This document shows positions 52,090 to 64,000 of a stretch of DNA of 64,000 bases, one piece after another. The stretch spans positions 1-64,000 of the forward strand of contig KZ538410.1 in assembly GCA_000934665.2 (NCBI GenBank), given 5' to 3'. Source of the DNA: Catajapyx aquilonaris. Its lineage: Eukaryota. The position numbers were made by a program, and so were the translations under genes. Under the pieces are notes generated by a model. The model searched no databases. It saw only the letters and a program-made list of their open reading frames with translations, and was not told where the DNA came from. The stretch's first letter is position 1, and each line of letters opens with the position of its first letter.

Positions 52090-52200
52090 CTAAACGCATG
52101 CGCAGTTGCTACAAATCCGGACTTTGCTCCACAATACGCATGCGCACTCTGATTCATACTATTACGTGTTGATTCTGTAAACGCGGCCATTTTGGCTCCC
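52090..52200. promoter_or_regulatory. Core of the IPO9/RPN1 bidirectional promoter
   Basis: Two NRF1/Ewg-like CGCATGCGCA motifs (52095, 52137) and a YY1-like GCGGCCATTTT (52183) in CpG-rich DNA between divergent genes. Confidence 0.55.
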
Positions 52201-52476
52201 ATTTCGCAGGGTGACACATCAATTATAACGAGATCAATTAGCTTTAAAATCGAATTAACTGTGCACATAATTAGTACCAGGTAATTAACAAAACTAAGGC
52301 TGTAAAGTGGTGGGGTAGTGTAAAATACCTGGCACCAGTGCCGGATAGCCAGCTCACTCCAGCCGGCTTGTAGGTGGTGTAGGCAGGGCTTGTGGTCGCT
52401 TCAGCATCTCTTCACCAGCTCTTTCTCGGCCTTTGGGAGGTAGCGAGCGACAAGCAGAGAGGACAGGGACTGAATA

Positions 52477-54718
52477 ATGGCAGGACAGAGGTGGTGGTGC
52501 CTGGCGCTGGTGCTGGGTTTGGCATGTGGGGCGTGGGGGGCCAACGTGGACACTGTCAGCAAGGACCTGGTGCTGAAGAGCGTGGAGAGAAGCGTGGACA
52601 TCAGCACCCAGCTGGTCAAGGTCAGCCAGAAGGTCACGCTGGACAACAAAGGGAAGGAGCCCATCAACGTCTTCCTCTACACCATGGACCCGGCGGAGAA
52701 GAAGAACCTCGCCTTCATCGGTGCACAGGTGAAGTCGCACTGTTAACGCGTTCTCAAGGGTAGAGACATTAACAGCGGTTTTCCCACAGCTTGCTGATTC
52801 AGAGAAGTCGACACTGGAGGTGGCAGAGACCAAAGTGGCAGAGCGCAAGAAGGAGCCCTTCTGGCGCGTAACGTTGCCTCAGGCGCTGGGAGCAGGGCAG
52901 ACCATTGTGGTTGAGGTGGAACTGGTGCTGATTCATGCTCTTCAGCCCCATCCGGCCCAGATCACCCAGAAGGAGAAGCAGCTGGTCATCTACAAGGGAT
53001 CCCACTATTTCTACACCCCGTACCGCGTGGAGACACAGACTACCAAGGTGGTGGTCGCAGGGCCAACCGAGAGTTACTCCAAACTGAAGCCGGTGCAGCA
53101 GACAGAAAATGTCGTCACTTATGGACCGTACAAAGGGATTGAACCCTTCACCTCAGTATGTTGCTCTCCAAGCGGCATGAAGCGTATGGTACAATTTTTT
53201 TACATGTCGCATTTTCCCCCAGGACCCAATGACAATCCATTATGAGAACAACAGCCCTTTCCTGACTGTGAGGAAGTTGGAGAGGATCATTGAGGTGTCA
53301 CACTGGGGCAACATTGCAGTGGAGGAGAGCATTGAGCTGCATCACACTGGAGCCATCCTCAAGGGTCCCTTCTCCAGATACGAGTACCAGCGGGAGTCCA
53401 ACTCAGGGGTGTCAAGCATCCGATCCTTCAAGGTAACCACTGGAAATGTCTGCTAAGAGAGCACCATTTGCTGAGCATTGTGATCTGTTATTCTCCAGAC
53501 GGTGCTGCCGGCAGCAGCAAAGGACGTGTACTACCGTGACGAGATTGGCAACATCTCAACGTCGCACATGAAGGTGATGGAAGATGCGGTGGAGCTGGAC
53601 CTTCGACCCCGCTTCCCCCTGTTTGGGGGCTGGCAGACCCATTACATCTTGGGCTACAACGTGCCTAGCTATGAGTACCTTTTCAGCGAGGGAGAGGATT
53701 TCATCCTGAAAATGCGCTTCTTGGACCATGTCTACGATGAAATGGTGGTTGACGAGGCTGTAGTCAAGGTTGTCCTGCCTGAGGGGGCCAACAACATCGA
53801 GCTGTTTCCACCCTATGTCATGAAGCGCTTGCCCGACTCCCTCCACTACACCTACCTGGACACCACAGGAAGGCCAACAATCACACTCAAGAAGACCAAC
53901 CTGGTGGAAAATCACATACAAGATCTCAGGCTGAAGTACCACTTCCCAAGGATACTTATGCTGCAGGTATGGCTTCTGATTGACGAATGGTGTGGTGCAT
54001 TGTAATGGGATTTTTGCAGGAACCCCTACTGGTTGTGGCTGCCTTCTACTTGCTGTTCCTGCTGGTGATTGTGTATGTGCGCCTGGACTTCTCCATTGCG
54101 AAGGACGATCAGGATGAGAGTCGTATGCGCACCTCAAGTGTGTGCGAGAAGGTTCTGTCCCATCAGGACAGGAGGGCCAATGCCTACCAGCGATATGAGG
54201 ACCAGCTGACCAAGCTTAAGGCCGTCAAGGACACAACTGCTTTCCAGGCCGCCCTCAAGAGCGTCAATGGGGAGCACAAGAGTGCCACTCAAGCAGTGGG
54301 TGAGCTGCTTGCAAAGCTCAAGACAGATGCACCAGATTTTGGAGAGAAGGTGCAGGAGCTGCAGAAGCTGGACAGGCAAGTGGAAATTTGGGTCCTCCAC
54401 ATTGAAGTTGCATGTTATGGTATTTTAGTTATTGACAACTTTGGAATGTAGAAATCAAATGACAGAGGTTCAGTGTCTATTACTATCAGCCAGTGCAGGA
54501 AGTTGCCCAAATTCCACTGTGTATCTACATTCTAGAGTACAAGATGAAATTTAAATTGCAGGACACTGTGGGACCTGTACAACCTGCATGGTCAACTGAC
54601 AGAGAAGCTCGTTGCCGGAAAGATAGGCAAGCAGCAGTTCCTGGAGCAAGAAGGGCAGACCAACAAGAAGAAGGAGGAGTGCGCCGAGAAGATCAATGCC
54701 ATCACCAAGTCCCTGTGA
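52477..54718 (+). CDS. RPN1: Ribophorin I (oligosaccharyltransferase subunit 1), 6 exons: 52477-52728, 52790-53155, 53223-53432, 53499-53966, 54020-54375, 54562-54718
   Basis: Signal peptide, then [59 protein letters not shown] and a TM segment [20 protein letters not shown] at 54932. Confidence 0.96.
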
Positions 54719-55031
54719 TTGTCCAGACTGCGCTGGACCATTCAACTGAAGAAAAGGCATTTTTACGGCTCAGGCGCTACCTGTTTTGCACACCTTTTAC
54801 TTTTCACGACCATCTATGACGGACGTTGAGTGAGCACACTTGCATTCCCAGTTTTTTCATGTCCTGTTTTGTGTGCCACCATTATTTGTGACTACATGCA
54901 CAGTTTGAGTGTTGGTTGGTATGGTGCGATTAATAAAAAGAGTAAGTGATACAGTTACTCGTCTTGCCTTTTTTTACAAGTTTGTGACATGGCCTTTTAT
55001 GCAGGGGAATTACTTCATGAGAAACAAGAAC

Positions 55032-55568
55032 ACTAAATAGGAATAATTTATTAGGGTTCCCTCCGGAGGGCAGCCGTGTACTGAAATAGCTTCTCTCCGG
55101 GGAGAAACCAATCAAAGATAAGGGTTACTGGATGGTTTCTCTCTGGGGAGGAGCACATCCGGTAAATGGGTTCCCACCGGAGGGAAGTCGTGTACTGAAA
55201 TGGCTTCTCTCCGGGGAGAAACCCACTTACCGGATAGGCTCCTCCCCGGAGAGACGCCATTCCGGTAAACTGGTTTCCCTCCGGAGGGAAACCAATCCAC
55301 CAAAAAAGGCTTCTCTCCGGAGGGAGGCCCATTTACCGGAATGGGGTCTCCCCGGGGAGAAACCATTCCGGCAAATGGGTTTCTCCCCGGAGAGAAGCCT
55401 CTTTGGTGGACTGGTTTCCCTCCGGAGGGAAGCCAATCCACCATAGAGGTTGCCAAAATGGCTTCTCTCCGGGGAGAAACCCATTTACCGGAATGGCGTC
55501 TCTCCGGAGGGAAGCCCTCTCCATAGGAGAGGAGCCATTTCAGTAAATGGGTCCTCTCCGGAGGGAAG
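55032..55568. repeat. Array of short CCGG-centred palindromes (satellite-like)
   Basis: Repeated tccctccggaggga, ttctctccggggagaa and ccatttaccggaatgg units. Confidence 0.85.
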
Positions 55569-58365
55569 CAGTTTAGTTTTTAATTTTTTGCAGCGTTTTG
55601 AAGAGGAATTGTTTAGCTGTAAATGGTAGGAATGCACATCACGACGGTGGGGATCTGTGTTCAAAATTTGGAAGCTCTACCTACATCAGAACTTGAGTTA
55701 AAACGAATTTTAAAAAACGTAACAACAAGATGTTGGATAAATTCATTGTTGAAATCTATGCTGTGGTCTTACTTAGTGGCTCCCGCCCCTAAAATATAAT
55801 AATTTTTGACGGGGCCCCAGAGACTGCTGGAGGGGAGATATTGATTCCCAAGTTTATGCTCAGGGCTGTACATTGCTCACCTGTAAATGGCTGCAGGGTT
55901 GAGTTGGATCTGCACAAATAATGCATAATCAAACACCCTTTCACCATGAAAAATGCACCTTTGCAGTGAATGTATGTGTTACTTGTAAGTAATACCATTT
56001 TCAGTCATACCTAATGTCAGACGCAGAGGCTGAATCACAAAACATTGAGAGGCAGGTGCAGCACAGGAGCACAAATGCAGCTGCTATGTATCAGGATGTG
56101 CTGACCAGTTTGGTATCCAATCTCTAATCAACTAGCAAAATCGTTGCAATGTGATCAACCGAGGCTGTAAGAAAATGGGCAGGAAGATAGCACAGAGAGT
56201 GTGATCCAGTGCGATGAAAATGAAATGTCGGGAAGCTTGTCAAAAAAAGGGGTTTACTGAACCATACCTCTTATAAGTATCTTACATTGTTTCAAGTTCC
56301 TAAAAGTTTGACAGTTTACAAAAATGTACAAAATAACAACCCAGAAGTTGGGATGGGAACAGAAGGTTTTTCAAAAAGAGAAAAAAAAAATGTTCCGGTT
56401 GCCAACTTTAGGAAATGAAACCTTGACAAGGACACGGTTTGAAACAAAACTGGCAAAACATGGGACATTTTTTTCACATGTTTGGCATATGTGCAAATGC
56501 AAAATGGGGAGGAAGGGTGGGGGGGCGATATGATTCAAAAAATAACAGAAAGTTTTAAATTGCCATACACGTTTTGGGGATCAGCTTTGTCAAGGGGGGA
56601 GGTGTCAAACATGGCAATAAAAAAGGATGCATCACCTAGACTTATGTACATACATGTACAATACTTTTTTTTTTGACACATGTGGGGGAGGAGGGCGTAA
56701 GTTCAGATCCCAAAGTCTACAGCACTACACAGTCACTGTAATAATGCTGTGGGGAAAAGGACAAAAAAAAAGCCTCTTGAGTAATACTACATAACCACAT
56801 TAGCATTATTTACCACAAAAGTGTGACACTGTATATTTCTTCATTTGGCCAGACTCACTCTCTTGATTATTTATTAAATCAGTAACGTACTGTATGCTAT
56901 GTCATTTATTATCCCCTCTTTTTTTGTCTTTTTTTTCTCTTTTTATATGGTCAAATCTGCATATGACACACAAGTATTTAGGTTTCTTATAATAATTATT
57001 TTCTCATCTTCAAGTCTACTACACGCTAGCAAAAAGTTTGTTGCTGACAGACATGCGTTAACCAGTTACACTGTTTAATTAGCGTGGCAATCAAAAACCC
57101 AAGTCAATGTAAAGAAATGAAACTGGGATTAGACTCTTGAAAATCATCTTCATAAATAACAGAACACACCGATGGTAATGGCAGTGAAACTGTGACTAGC
57201 TAACCTGATGTAATGTATGCTTCATGACGATAAAAATGAAGAAAAGGTGTACATGTGCAAGCATGTGTGTGTGTGTGTGTGTTGAGTGTAGAACCGAAGG
57301 GGGAGGGGGCTTGCATTTTTTTCTTTTCTTTCATAAATTTACATGAACACAATCATGGACTCTCTACAAGCCGCACGAGTTCATTCTTATTGCACCAAAA
57401 ATCCTGTACGTGCTACACTTCCCCACCAAATCTGAGTACAGAGGGAAAGATTTTTTTTTAAAAAAAAAGCTTCCCAACCTACACAGGTCACTATAATATT
57501 TACAAAGTCTGGCAAAAAACTTTCAACTCGCACGAGTATTATGCTGTGGGGAACACACAGGTGCAAAAAATATATATTGCCTTATGTAATGCAAACAAAA
57601 GATTGCCACTCATTCAATCCACACCCAAAAAAAGGGAGAACCAAAAATTATTCCCCGCCTCTCTTTTTAAGCGTCGTGTACACGTGTGGGAGCTAACGTG
57701 CGTGTCTTTCGTGTCTTGCACAAAAATACTTTTACGTCCAGCAATGTGGAAGCAAAAATTCTTTTTTTGGGGGGGAGATTTGGGAAATGGGGGTACCAGG
57801 GCCTGGAAAGTAGGGGGAGAGCGGTGGCATTCCTCACACATGTATATCAATATATATTTATATATGTATATGTATTTATACTCATGGTAATGGAGGGCCA
57901 AATAAGGGAGTGGGAAAAGTTGGGGCAGGTGATGACGTTGGGGAGAAGAAGGGGCCGAAACATGCTATTCGTCGTGGCCGTCCAAATATCTACAACATGA
58001 CCCCACATTGTACATGTATGGAACCCAACAGTTTGGATGGGAAGTATGGGATGGGAAGAAGGGGAAGGGTGTCAAAACAAAAAACAAGGGAAACAGTATT
58101 GCCTTTTGTACTTAGAACGATTCCTACTCCATTAGAAACGATGACACAGGAGAAAAACACACCACTAAGTTACTTTGAGATCACCTTGAAAATATGGCGA
58201 GATTACATTTTTGGGGGGGGGGGAAACGGTTGGGGATGATGGAGAGGACAGGGAGGTGACCACGAAGGAATATCCCAAACGAAAAAACAGCTCTCTTTAC
58301 ACAAAAATATGGTGGTCAACCCGAACTGAAAATACACTGCACATCACGCGTCCTGATCTGCGCTT

Positions 58366-59666
58366 TCACCTCCGCTTCACCACTTTTGGTGTTGCCTGTG
58401 ACGCGGATGGTGCTCTTTTTCTCGACGCACCGGCCCCCGTCCCAGCCCCGACAGCTTTCACCTCAGAGGCCTCTCTCTTGGTCTTCTTGGGTTCAGGTGC
58501 CCCGTTGCAGCAAGTACAGTCCTTCCTTATGTGCCCCCGCAGAGAGGAGCGTCTTGGAGCCTTGTCTTCATGGTGGTGATGATGGTGGTGGTCGTGATGC
58601 TGTTGGTGGTCTTTGGTTCTAGCCCGAGCTCGCAACAAGGGTACATGCCCATTGTCCGACGAGTGGACCGACACAGGTGTTTCGCTCCGAGCAGGCTCTT
58701 CACTGGCATCACTTTCAGTGGCTGTCTCGGGTGGCTCAGGTGGTGCTGGTTCATCATCCCCATTCTTAGCCACCTTTTCAGGGCTGAAATCACCTCGAAG
58801 CAGCCTCTCAAGGGTGCTGGGAGGCTTTTTCTTTTTTACTTCATCATCAGAGTCTGACTCCGTCTTAGTCTCCTCCTTAGGCTTTGGTGGTGAAGGTGGG
58901 GGCGATGGGGCTTCGTCAAACACATCGTATGTGCGTCCGTACCGCTTTCCATAGGTGTTAACAAATCGTTGTGATGCTGTTGTAAGTGGTGGTGATGGTG
59001 GTGGTGCTGAGCCAGCTGGTAATGGCAAGTCAATTTCAATTGACGAGAGCGATTCACTAGGTGATTGAGCCACTCGAGGAGACTCTTCTTCAATGTCAGG
59101 TGCTGGTGACCCAGATGAGTTGGACCCAGGTTTGGTTGCAGTTGCAGCAAGTGGCGAGGACACCCGCCTAACACCACAGTTGCTGTTGCGACGATGCGGT
59201 TTTGCAGCCTCTCCAGCTTTCCTGTACTCCATGATACCATGATGGTTCCACACCGGTACCCACTTCTTTCCCTCACTCCGGTTGAACATGAACTTCCGCG
59301 ACTTCTCTGCACCCCCACTGCTGTCTGGAGAACTCCCAGCAAAACTGGCCGGTGATTCTGGCTTGACAGCACCAGTGGCAGGTGAGTCCGGTTGTGAAGT
59401 TGAGGTCCCTGGAGTAGCAGGTGGGTCTGGCAGCATCTGGTCAAGCCCAAGAGCTGGGTTGGCATCCAGAAACAGTTCAGCCTCAGGGAAAAGATCACTG
59501 GTGTTTAGTTTGACCAACTCATCCACTCCCAGGTCTTCGCACTCATCAGCCAGACTCTTTTGCATGGACGACCCACTGCTCATCTCATCACCCAACTCCG
59601 ACTGAGGGGTAGAATCCATCTTGCGGGAGGCCCCAGTGCTGCCACCAGATGCACCCCGGCGGCGTC
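58366..59666 (-). CDS. Terminal coding exon of an unidentified low-complexity, probably nuclear protein
   Basis: Acceptor at ~59667 followed by ~430 open codons (S/P/E-rich, His tract, KDCTCCNG, C-terminal KVVKRR), then long AT-rich 3' UTR-like sequence. Confidence 0.75.
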
Positions 59667-59863
59667 CTAATTCCTTTGACTGACCAAAGTAGGATCTGAG
59701 GAGAAGTACTCATTAGATGGGCATATAAGTAAATCAGACAACACACAACTCAATAATGCCCTGAGAAGTACTTTCAGTTTATACTGATCAAAGTCAGTCC
59801 ACAAATTTTCATACCTATCATAATGACAATTCAAAAAAAAAATTGGCTGTAGGCTTAGCTTAT

Positions 59864-59897
<34 letters not shown>

Positions 59898-61556
59898 TTA
59901 ATCCCAATGAGCACGTTCTGGGCGACTACTCAACTGAAGCTTGACTTTGTGGTGTACATAATACACTTTGGCAATAATAATTTAACATCTGCGATATAAG
60001 GATTAGACAGACTCGGCTAGTATGCAATTAGACACAAAGGAGCCTCCCTAGCCGATAAACATGAACTGTTTTATCTGGATCAATCGCTACTATGAGCAAA
60101 ACCAAACAAGAACCACCACCTGATTGTTATAACACTATGTCCCCGAAACGAAGAAACTGGACCGCTGCTTTTAAAAAAGAATATATTTTGAATAGGAAAT
60201 GGGTGGTCCACGTTAATAAATAAAGTGCGAGATTTTATCTGAGGAACTTTTTTCACATTAAATAAGTATCTTTTCCTCATTGAGTGAAAAAATGTTAATA
60301 CAAAAAGCATGTGGTATAGGTTGAAAGGTACGAGAAAATTTCATAATGAACAACGTTCATCCTCGTTCTAGCGAACTTTGCAACCTTCGCACCAGATGTG
60401 AGATTTCTTGCAATGTAGATTATTTTTTATCAGTAAACCAATGAGATGAATCGGATAATTTAGTGCAAAATAGGTCTGGCTGAGGTAGGAAGGATTGAGG
60501 TCTAGATAATAGTTGTTGCTGGTTGAGGACTCAAGGTCAGCTTAATCCCGTTGTATTGCATTATCATTAAAGGATTTAGATCAGCAATGGCATAGAAATA
60601 TTGTGTGTTTGTCCAATAGTGCCATGAAATTCCCATCCTAGTCAAGATGTGCTTATGCACCTGTCCTATGTCATAGCTTATAAATCCATAATCAACAAAA
60701 ATGGTTCCAATTCAGCATTTGCAACTCTCGAGTCAGACTGAAAGTGCAAGATTCCATTACAAAGCCACTCGCATATAAGTTTACAAACATAATCACATCT
60801 CAAACAAAAGCAGCAACCACTGCATTGTGTTAATATAAACTGACACTTGTGCCAATCAACTGCATAAACCAAAACCATCAACACTATCAAACCTAGATGA
60901 AAAGCCAAGAGCTACAACCACCTTATCTAAAAGCATCTCACTCCAGATCACCCACCACAATAACCCACGGAAATGTGAGACTTGCAGACACAGAGAATTT
61001 TATTACGTTACGACTTCCAATTTGTTTACGCTCACCTACAAAAGCAAAAGGACTATGGGGACACCACCAGTGAGAAGGCCTATCTGACCTTCAAATAAGG
61101 TACGATTTTTTTTACCTGATGTAAATCATCACGTACTCGCAAAAATGAAAGACTTTAACTCAACACTGAAAACAGGGACATTTCTTGTTAATAACCCAAT
61201 GACCATATTAGTGACATCAAGAGTTGACTAGGTTGCAAGGTTCAGGGTGACAAACAATAAAACCAGCCACCAGTTGCCCAAAACGTGCTGTGACACACAA
61301 GCATGGTACTATGATGTGAGTTGAGGATGGGTGGCTTCTGGAAATACAGGTCCTGATCCACCCCTGTCTAGAGCTGCCATAAGTGGTGTTATAAGACTGC
61401 GTGTCCGACAAACGTTTACTCAACTCGCAGGCTGGAATAGTTCCATCTTTTGAAAGCTCTCAAGGGTATAAATTCGGGGGGATTACCTGCACTTCATTTC
61501 AAGAAACTAGGCACAATTTTACTACCTGAAATAATCAAAAATAATTCCATGCATCT

Positions 61557-62158
61557 TACAAGGGAACAACCAAGGTCGGTCGCCTCCGATTTGGTTGAAA
61601 CTGGCTTGAGGGGTCACTCATGTGCGATAGACACAGTGGTGAAAGTCCTAGATCAGGGCTACTCAACTGGCAGACCACGACGCAATTTTGTCCGGACCGC
61701 GACAATATACAGGACAGTTTGAAATAGCATGATAAATTACTAATTCATGATTTTTTTGGAAAAAAGGCTACCAATTTCATCAAATACACACCTATTCAAA
61801 TCTCACACATTCACCTAAATTCGTGTGACCTTGAACCCCCCCAAAAATTTCGCCTGCGGCTGGCTTGTTCCATGCCCTTTACGGCTTGTTCACCTTGCGC
61901 TTATGAAATGGGCCCCCCTCCGAAATTCTTCTGCCTACGTGCCTGTACAGGACATCATAAAAGACGAAAATGTCTTAATATGCCATGTCTTGATAAATCN
62001 NNNNNNNNNNNNNNNNNNGGGGGGGGTCCGGACCTTCAATGGCCCAGGAAAGGTAAATACTGGACCTTGTCATAAACTAGTTAAATACCCGTCCTAGACA
62101 AGGTCTGGTCCTAGATGCCACTGTCCAGCTGCTTCCGAAATATGAGACACCAAAAAAA

Positions 62159-62212
<54 letters not shown>

Positions 62213-62437
62213 CGAATTTTGGCCGCGCGTACAGGTGTTGGGCAGGAAGGGACATGTGCAAGGCCTGGAAAGGCCCCTATACGCGTGGCCAAATTGGGAT
62301 GTTTCTGTCGCTCATATCTCGGAAACTGATGGACAGTGGCATCTAGGACTTTCACCACTGTGTCTATCGCTCATGAGTGACCCTTCAAGAGAGTTTCAAC
62401 CAAATTGGAGGCGACCGACCTTGGTCGTTCCCTTGTT
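61557..62437. mobile_element. Long-TIR non-autonomous DNA element with a nested hAT-like insertion (61654-62090)
   Basis: acaagggaacaaccaaggtcggtcgcctcc...aaagtcctagat mirrors atctaggacttt...ggaggcgaccgaccttggtcgttcccttgt. The insert starts CAGGGCTACTCAACT and is flanked by tcctagat / tcctagac. Confidence 0.7.
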
Positions 62438-63249
62438 AGTACTACAATGTTCATGTCTTTGGAATGTATAAAATCTTGACTAGTTAGTTTGACGAGTATC
62501 AGGCGGAATGAAAATACTTTGCCCATGGCATACTAACAGAGTGGAAGCAAGGGCACTGCAAAAACCTGTCACAAGCGTCTACTAGCACTCCAAGCAGAAA
62601 GTGGGTCTAATTCAGACGGCTGAGAACAATTGCTGTAATGCTTGTAATAGTTTTACATGCTCACGAGCATAGCAACAAATGGTAATGCAGGTTTCCTGCA
62701 ATCATCATCCAAGTCTCCCTGGTACATTTACACCCACCCTGTACTACCATCATGAATGGCCATAGCCCATAGCAGAAGAATTTCAGTAAGCTAATTATAA
62801 AACAAGTCCTCAAAACACACCTGAAAATTATATTGCGGCCTTCTAACGCAATAATGTGCCATCAAGAAACGGCAACAAATTAAATTTAAATATTTCAGGA
62901 CACTTGGGAAAAACAAGGACAGCAAATATAAGGAATGGAAAAAAAAGAGAATTGGAAACAAAAAGCCAAATACCGTGTTAGAGGTAAGCAAAATTTTACT
63001 TTCCACACCCAGGCAATTTTTTTTATAAAAGGTGAGAAATGTCATACAAAAAGGAAGCAGATAAAAAAAAAACATTCTGCATAATAAACTGAACAAAAAA
63101 GCCATACAGGGCTGCTATCCAAACTCATTCCAAATAAACCAAATGTTGTTCATTTCCATATAATTCTTGCTTACAACGTCTTTTAGTTACGAGAGCTTCT
63201 GCTGGGTGTGAAGCACGGATAACAAACTTGCAGCTCAAGCATTGTGCAA

Positions 63250-64000
63250 TTATCGTGACGGCTTAGTGGTGTTCTCAAACGGATGCCCATATGCTGTAAA
63301 AACTTCAGAGGGGATTCTGAATCTTGCAACACGGGTTCCCCCCTCTGGAGGAGTATAGCGTACAAACCTGACCACTGAGCCCGAGGCAGGAGGAGGTGCA
63401 GCTGTCTTCAGGGTGGACTGCACTGCTGACATTGCCTGCATGGACACCAGGGTTTGCACAGCAGATGCGTCCAGGTTTACCTTCTGCACACGAGGTATGA
63501 CTTGAGTCATCAAGCCTGTCTCCGACTTCCCCTCCTGGGCAGCACTAACTGCAGTGGTCACTGCTGGGGCAGGCACCTGTACCTGTGGTACTGTGACCCT
63601 GGGTGATGCTTCAGCCATGACGGGTTTGAATGCCGGGTTGATGTGCACCCTTTTGACAACAGGCACTCCGGCTGGCCAACCTTCCTTGGGTGATTCGTAA
63701 AACTCCTTCTTTTCTTTCTGTGCCTCTTCTGGCTCCTGTTTTACATCACTGAATCTGAATGATTGCTCTTTAGCCTCCTGCAGTGACCCCTCTTTCAGTG
63801 TTTCCAAACCCGACTCAGTCTGTGCCAGTAGTTTGGACATGCTGTTATCATTGGCATCACCCCCAAAGTCGCTAAACTTGCTGGAGTCCGACGTCTCTTC
63901 AGGAAGAGATAAAACAGGGTACTCTGGCTGAGTCGAGTCAAGTGCATTTGGAGTGCCAACGGGAGTGTGGTTATATGTCTCGGTTGTTGCAGGTTGCTCA
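63250..64000 (-). CDS. Coding exon, open at the window edge, probably upstream part of the 58366-59666 gene
   Basis: Long open frame with low-complexity composition (VKQEPEE, a SUMO-type motif). The exact donor was not resolved (candidate AG|GTTTGT near 63368). Confidence 0.55.
   Translation of the reverse strand, partial: EQPATTETYNHTPVGTPNALDSTQPEYPVLSLPEETSDSSKFSDFGGDANDNSMSKLLAQTESGLETLKEGSLQEAKEQSFRFSDVKQEPEEAQKEKKEFYESPKEGWPAGVPVVKRVHINPAFKPVMAEASPRVTVPQVQVPAPAVTTAVSAAQEGKSETGLMTQVIPRVQKVNLDASAVQTLVSMQAMSAVQSTLKTAAPPPASGSVVRFVRYTPPEGGTRVARFRIPSEVFTAYGHPFENTTKPSR

Noticed and set aside
51618..52268. Overlapping 126-173 aa ORFs between IPO9 and RPN1
   Set aside because: GC-rich promoter and 5' UTR sequence is poor in stop codons, and the translations have no protein-like features.
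55032..55568. CRISPR-like array of palindromic repeats
   Set aside because: Eukaryotic context, no unique spacers of constant length and no cas genes. The sequences between units are themselves repeated.

Overview
Gene-dense eukaryotic (metazoan, probably arthropod) genomic DNA with short spliceosomal introns. It is not prokaryotic: no CRISPR array, rRNA or true tRNA gene is visible. I assembled 11 spliced protein-coding genes by hand and checked reading-frame phase at the splice junctions for most of them. In order they are an SLC22 organic cation transporter (+), an unrecognised ~355-aa coiled-coil gene (-), MRPS33 (+), trehalase (+), an LRGUK-like LRR/guanylate-kinase gene (-), a ~2094-aa C3orf20/FAM194-domain gene (+), CDC123 (-), WDR70 (-), SOSS-B/NABP (+), importin-9 (-) and ribophorin I (+). 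A 12th, unidentified gene (-) runs off the right edge. Introns and intergenic DNA hold many tRNA-derived SINEs, MITEs and mariner remnants. The most notable observations: (1) the C3orf20-like gene carries a 3.5-kb in-frame exon encoding a very basic, protamine-like region with ~49-aa repeats and ~27 S-P-x-x-R heptads; (2) the trehalase start codon lies only 121 nt after the MRPS33 stop, suggesting a dicistronic or overlapping transcript; (3) the head-to-head LRGUK-like and C3orf20-like genes each contain a U12-type intron; (4) the orphan coiled-coil gene is built from a duplicated two-exon module; (5) three SINE families share one 3' tail. Gene identities come from recalled family motifs, not database searches.
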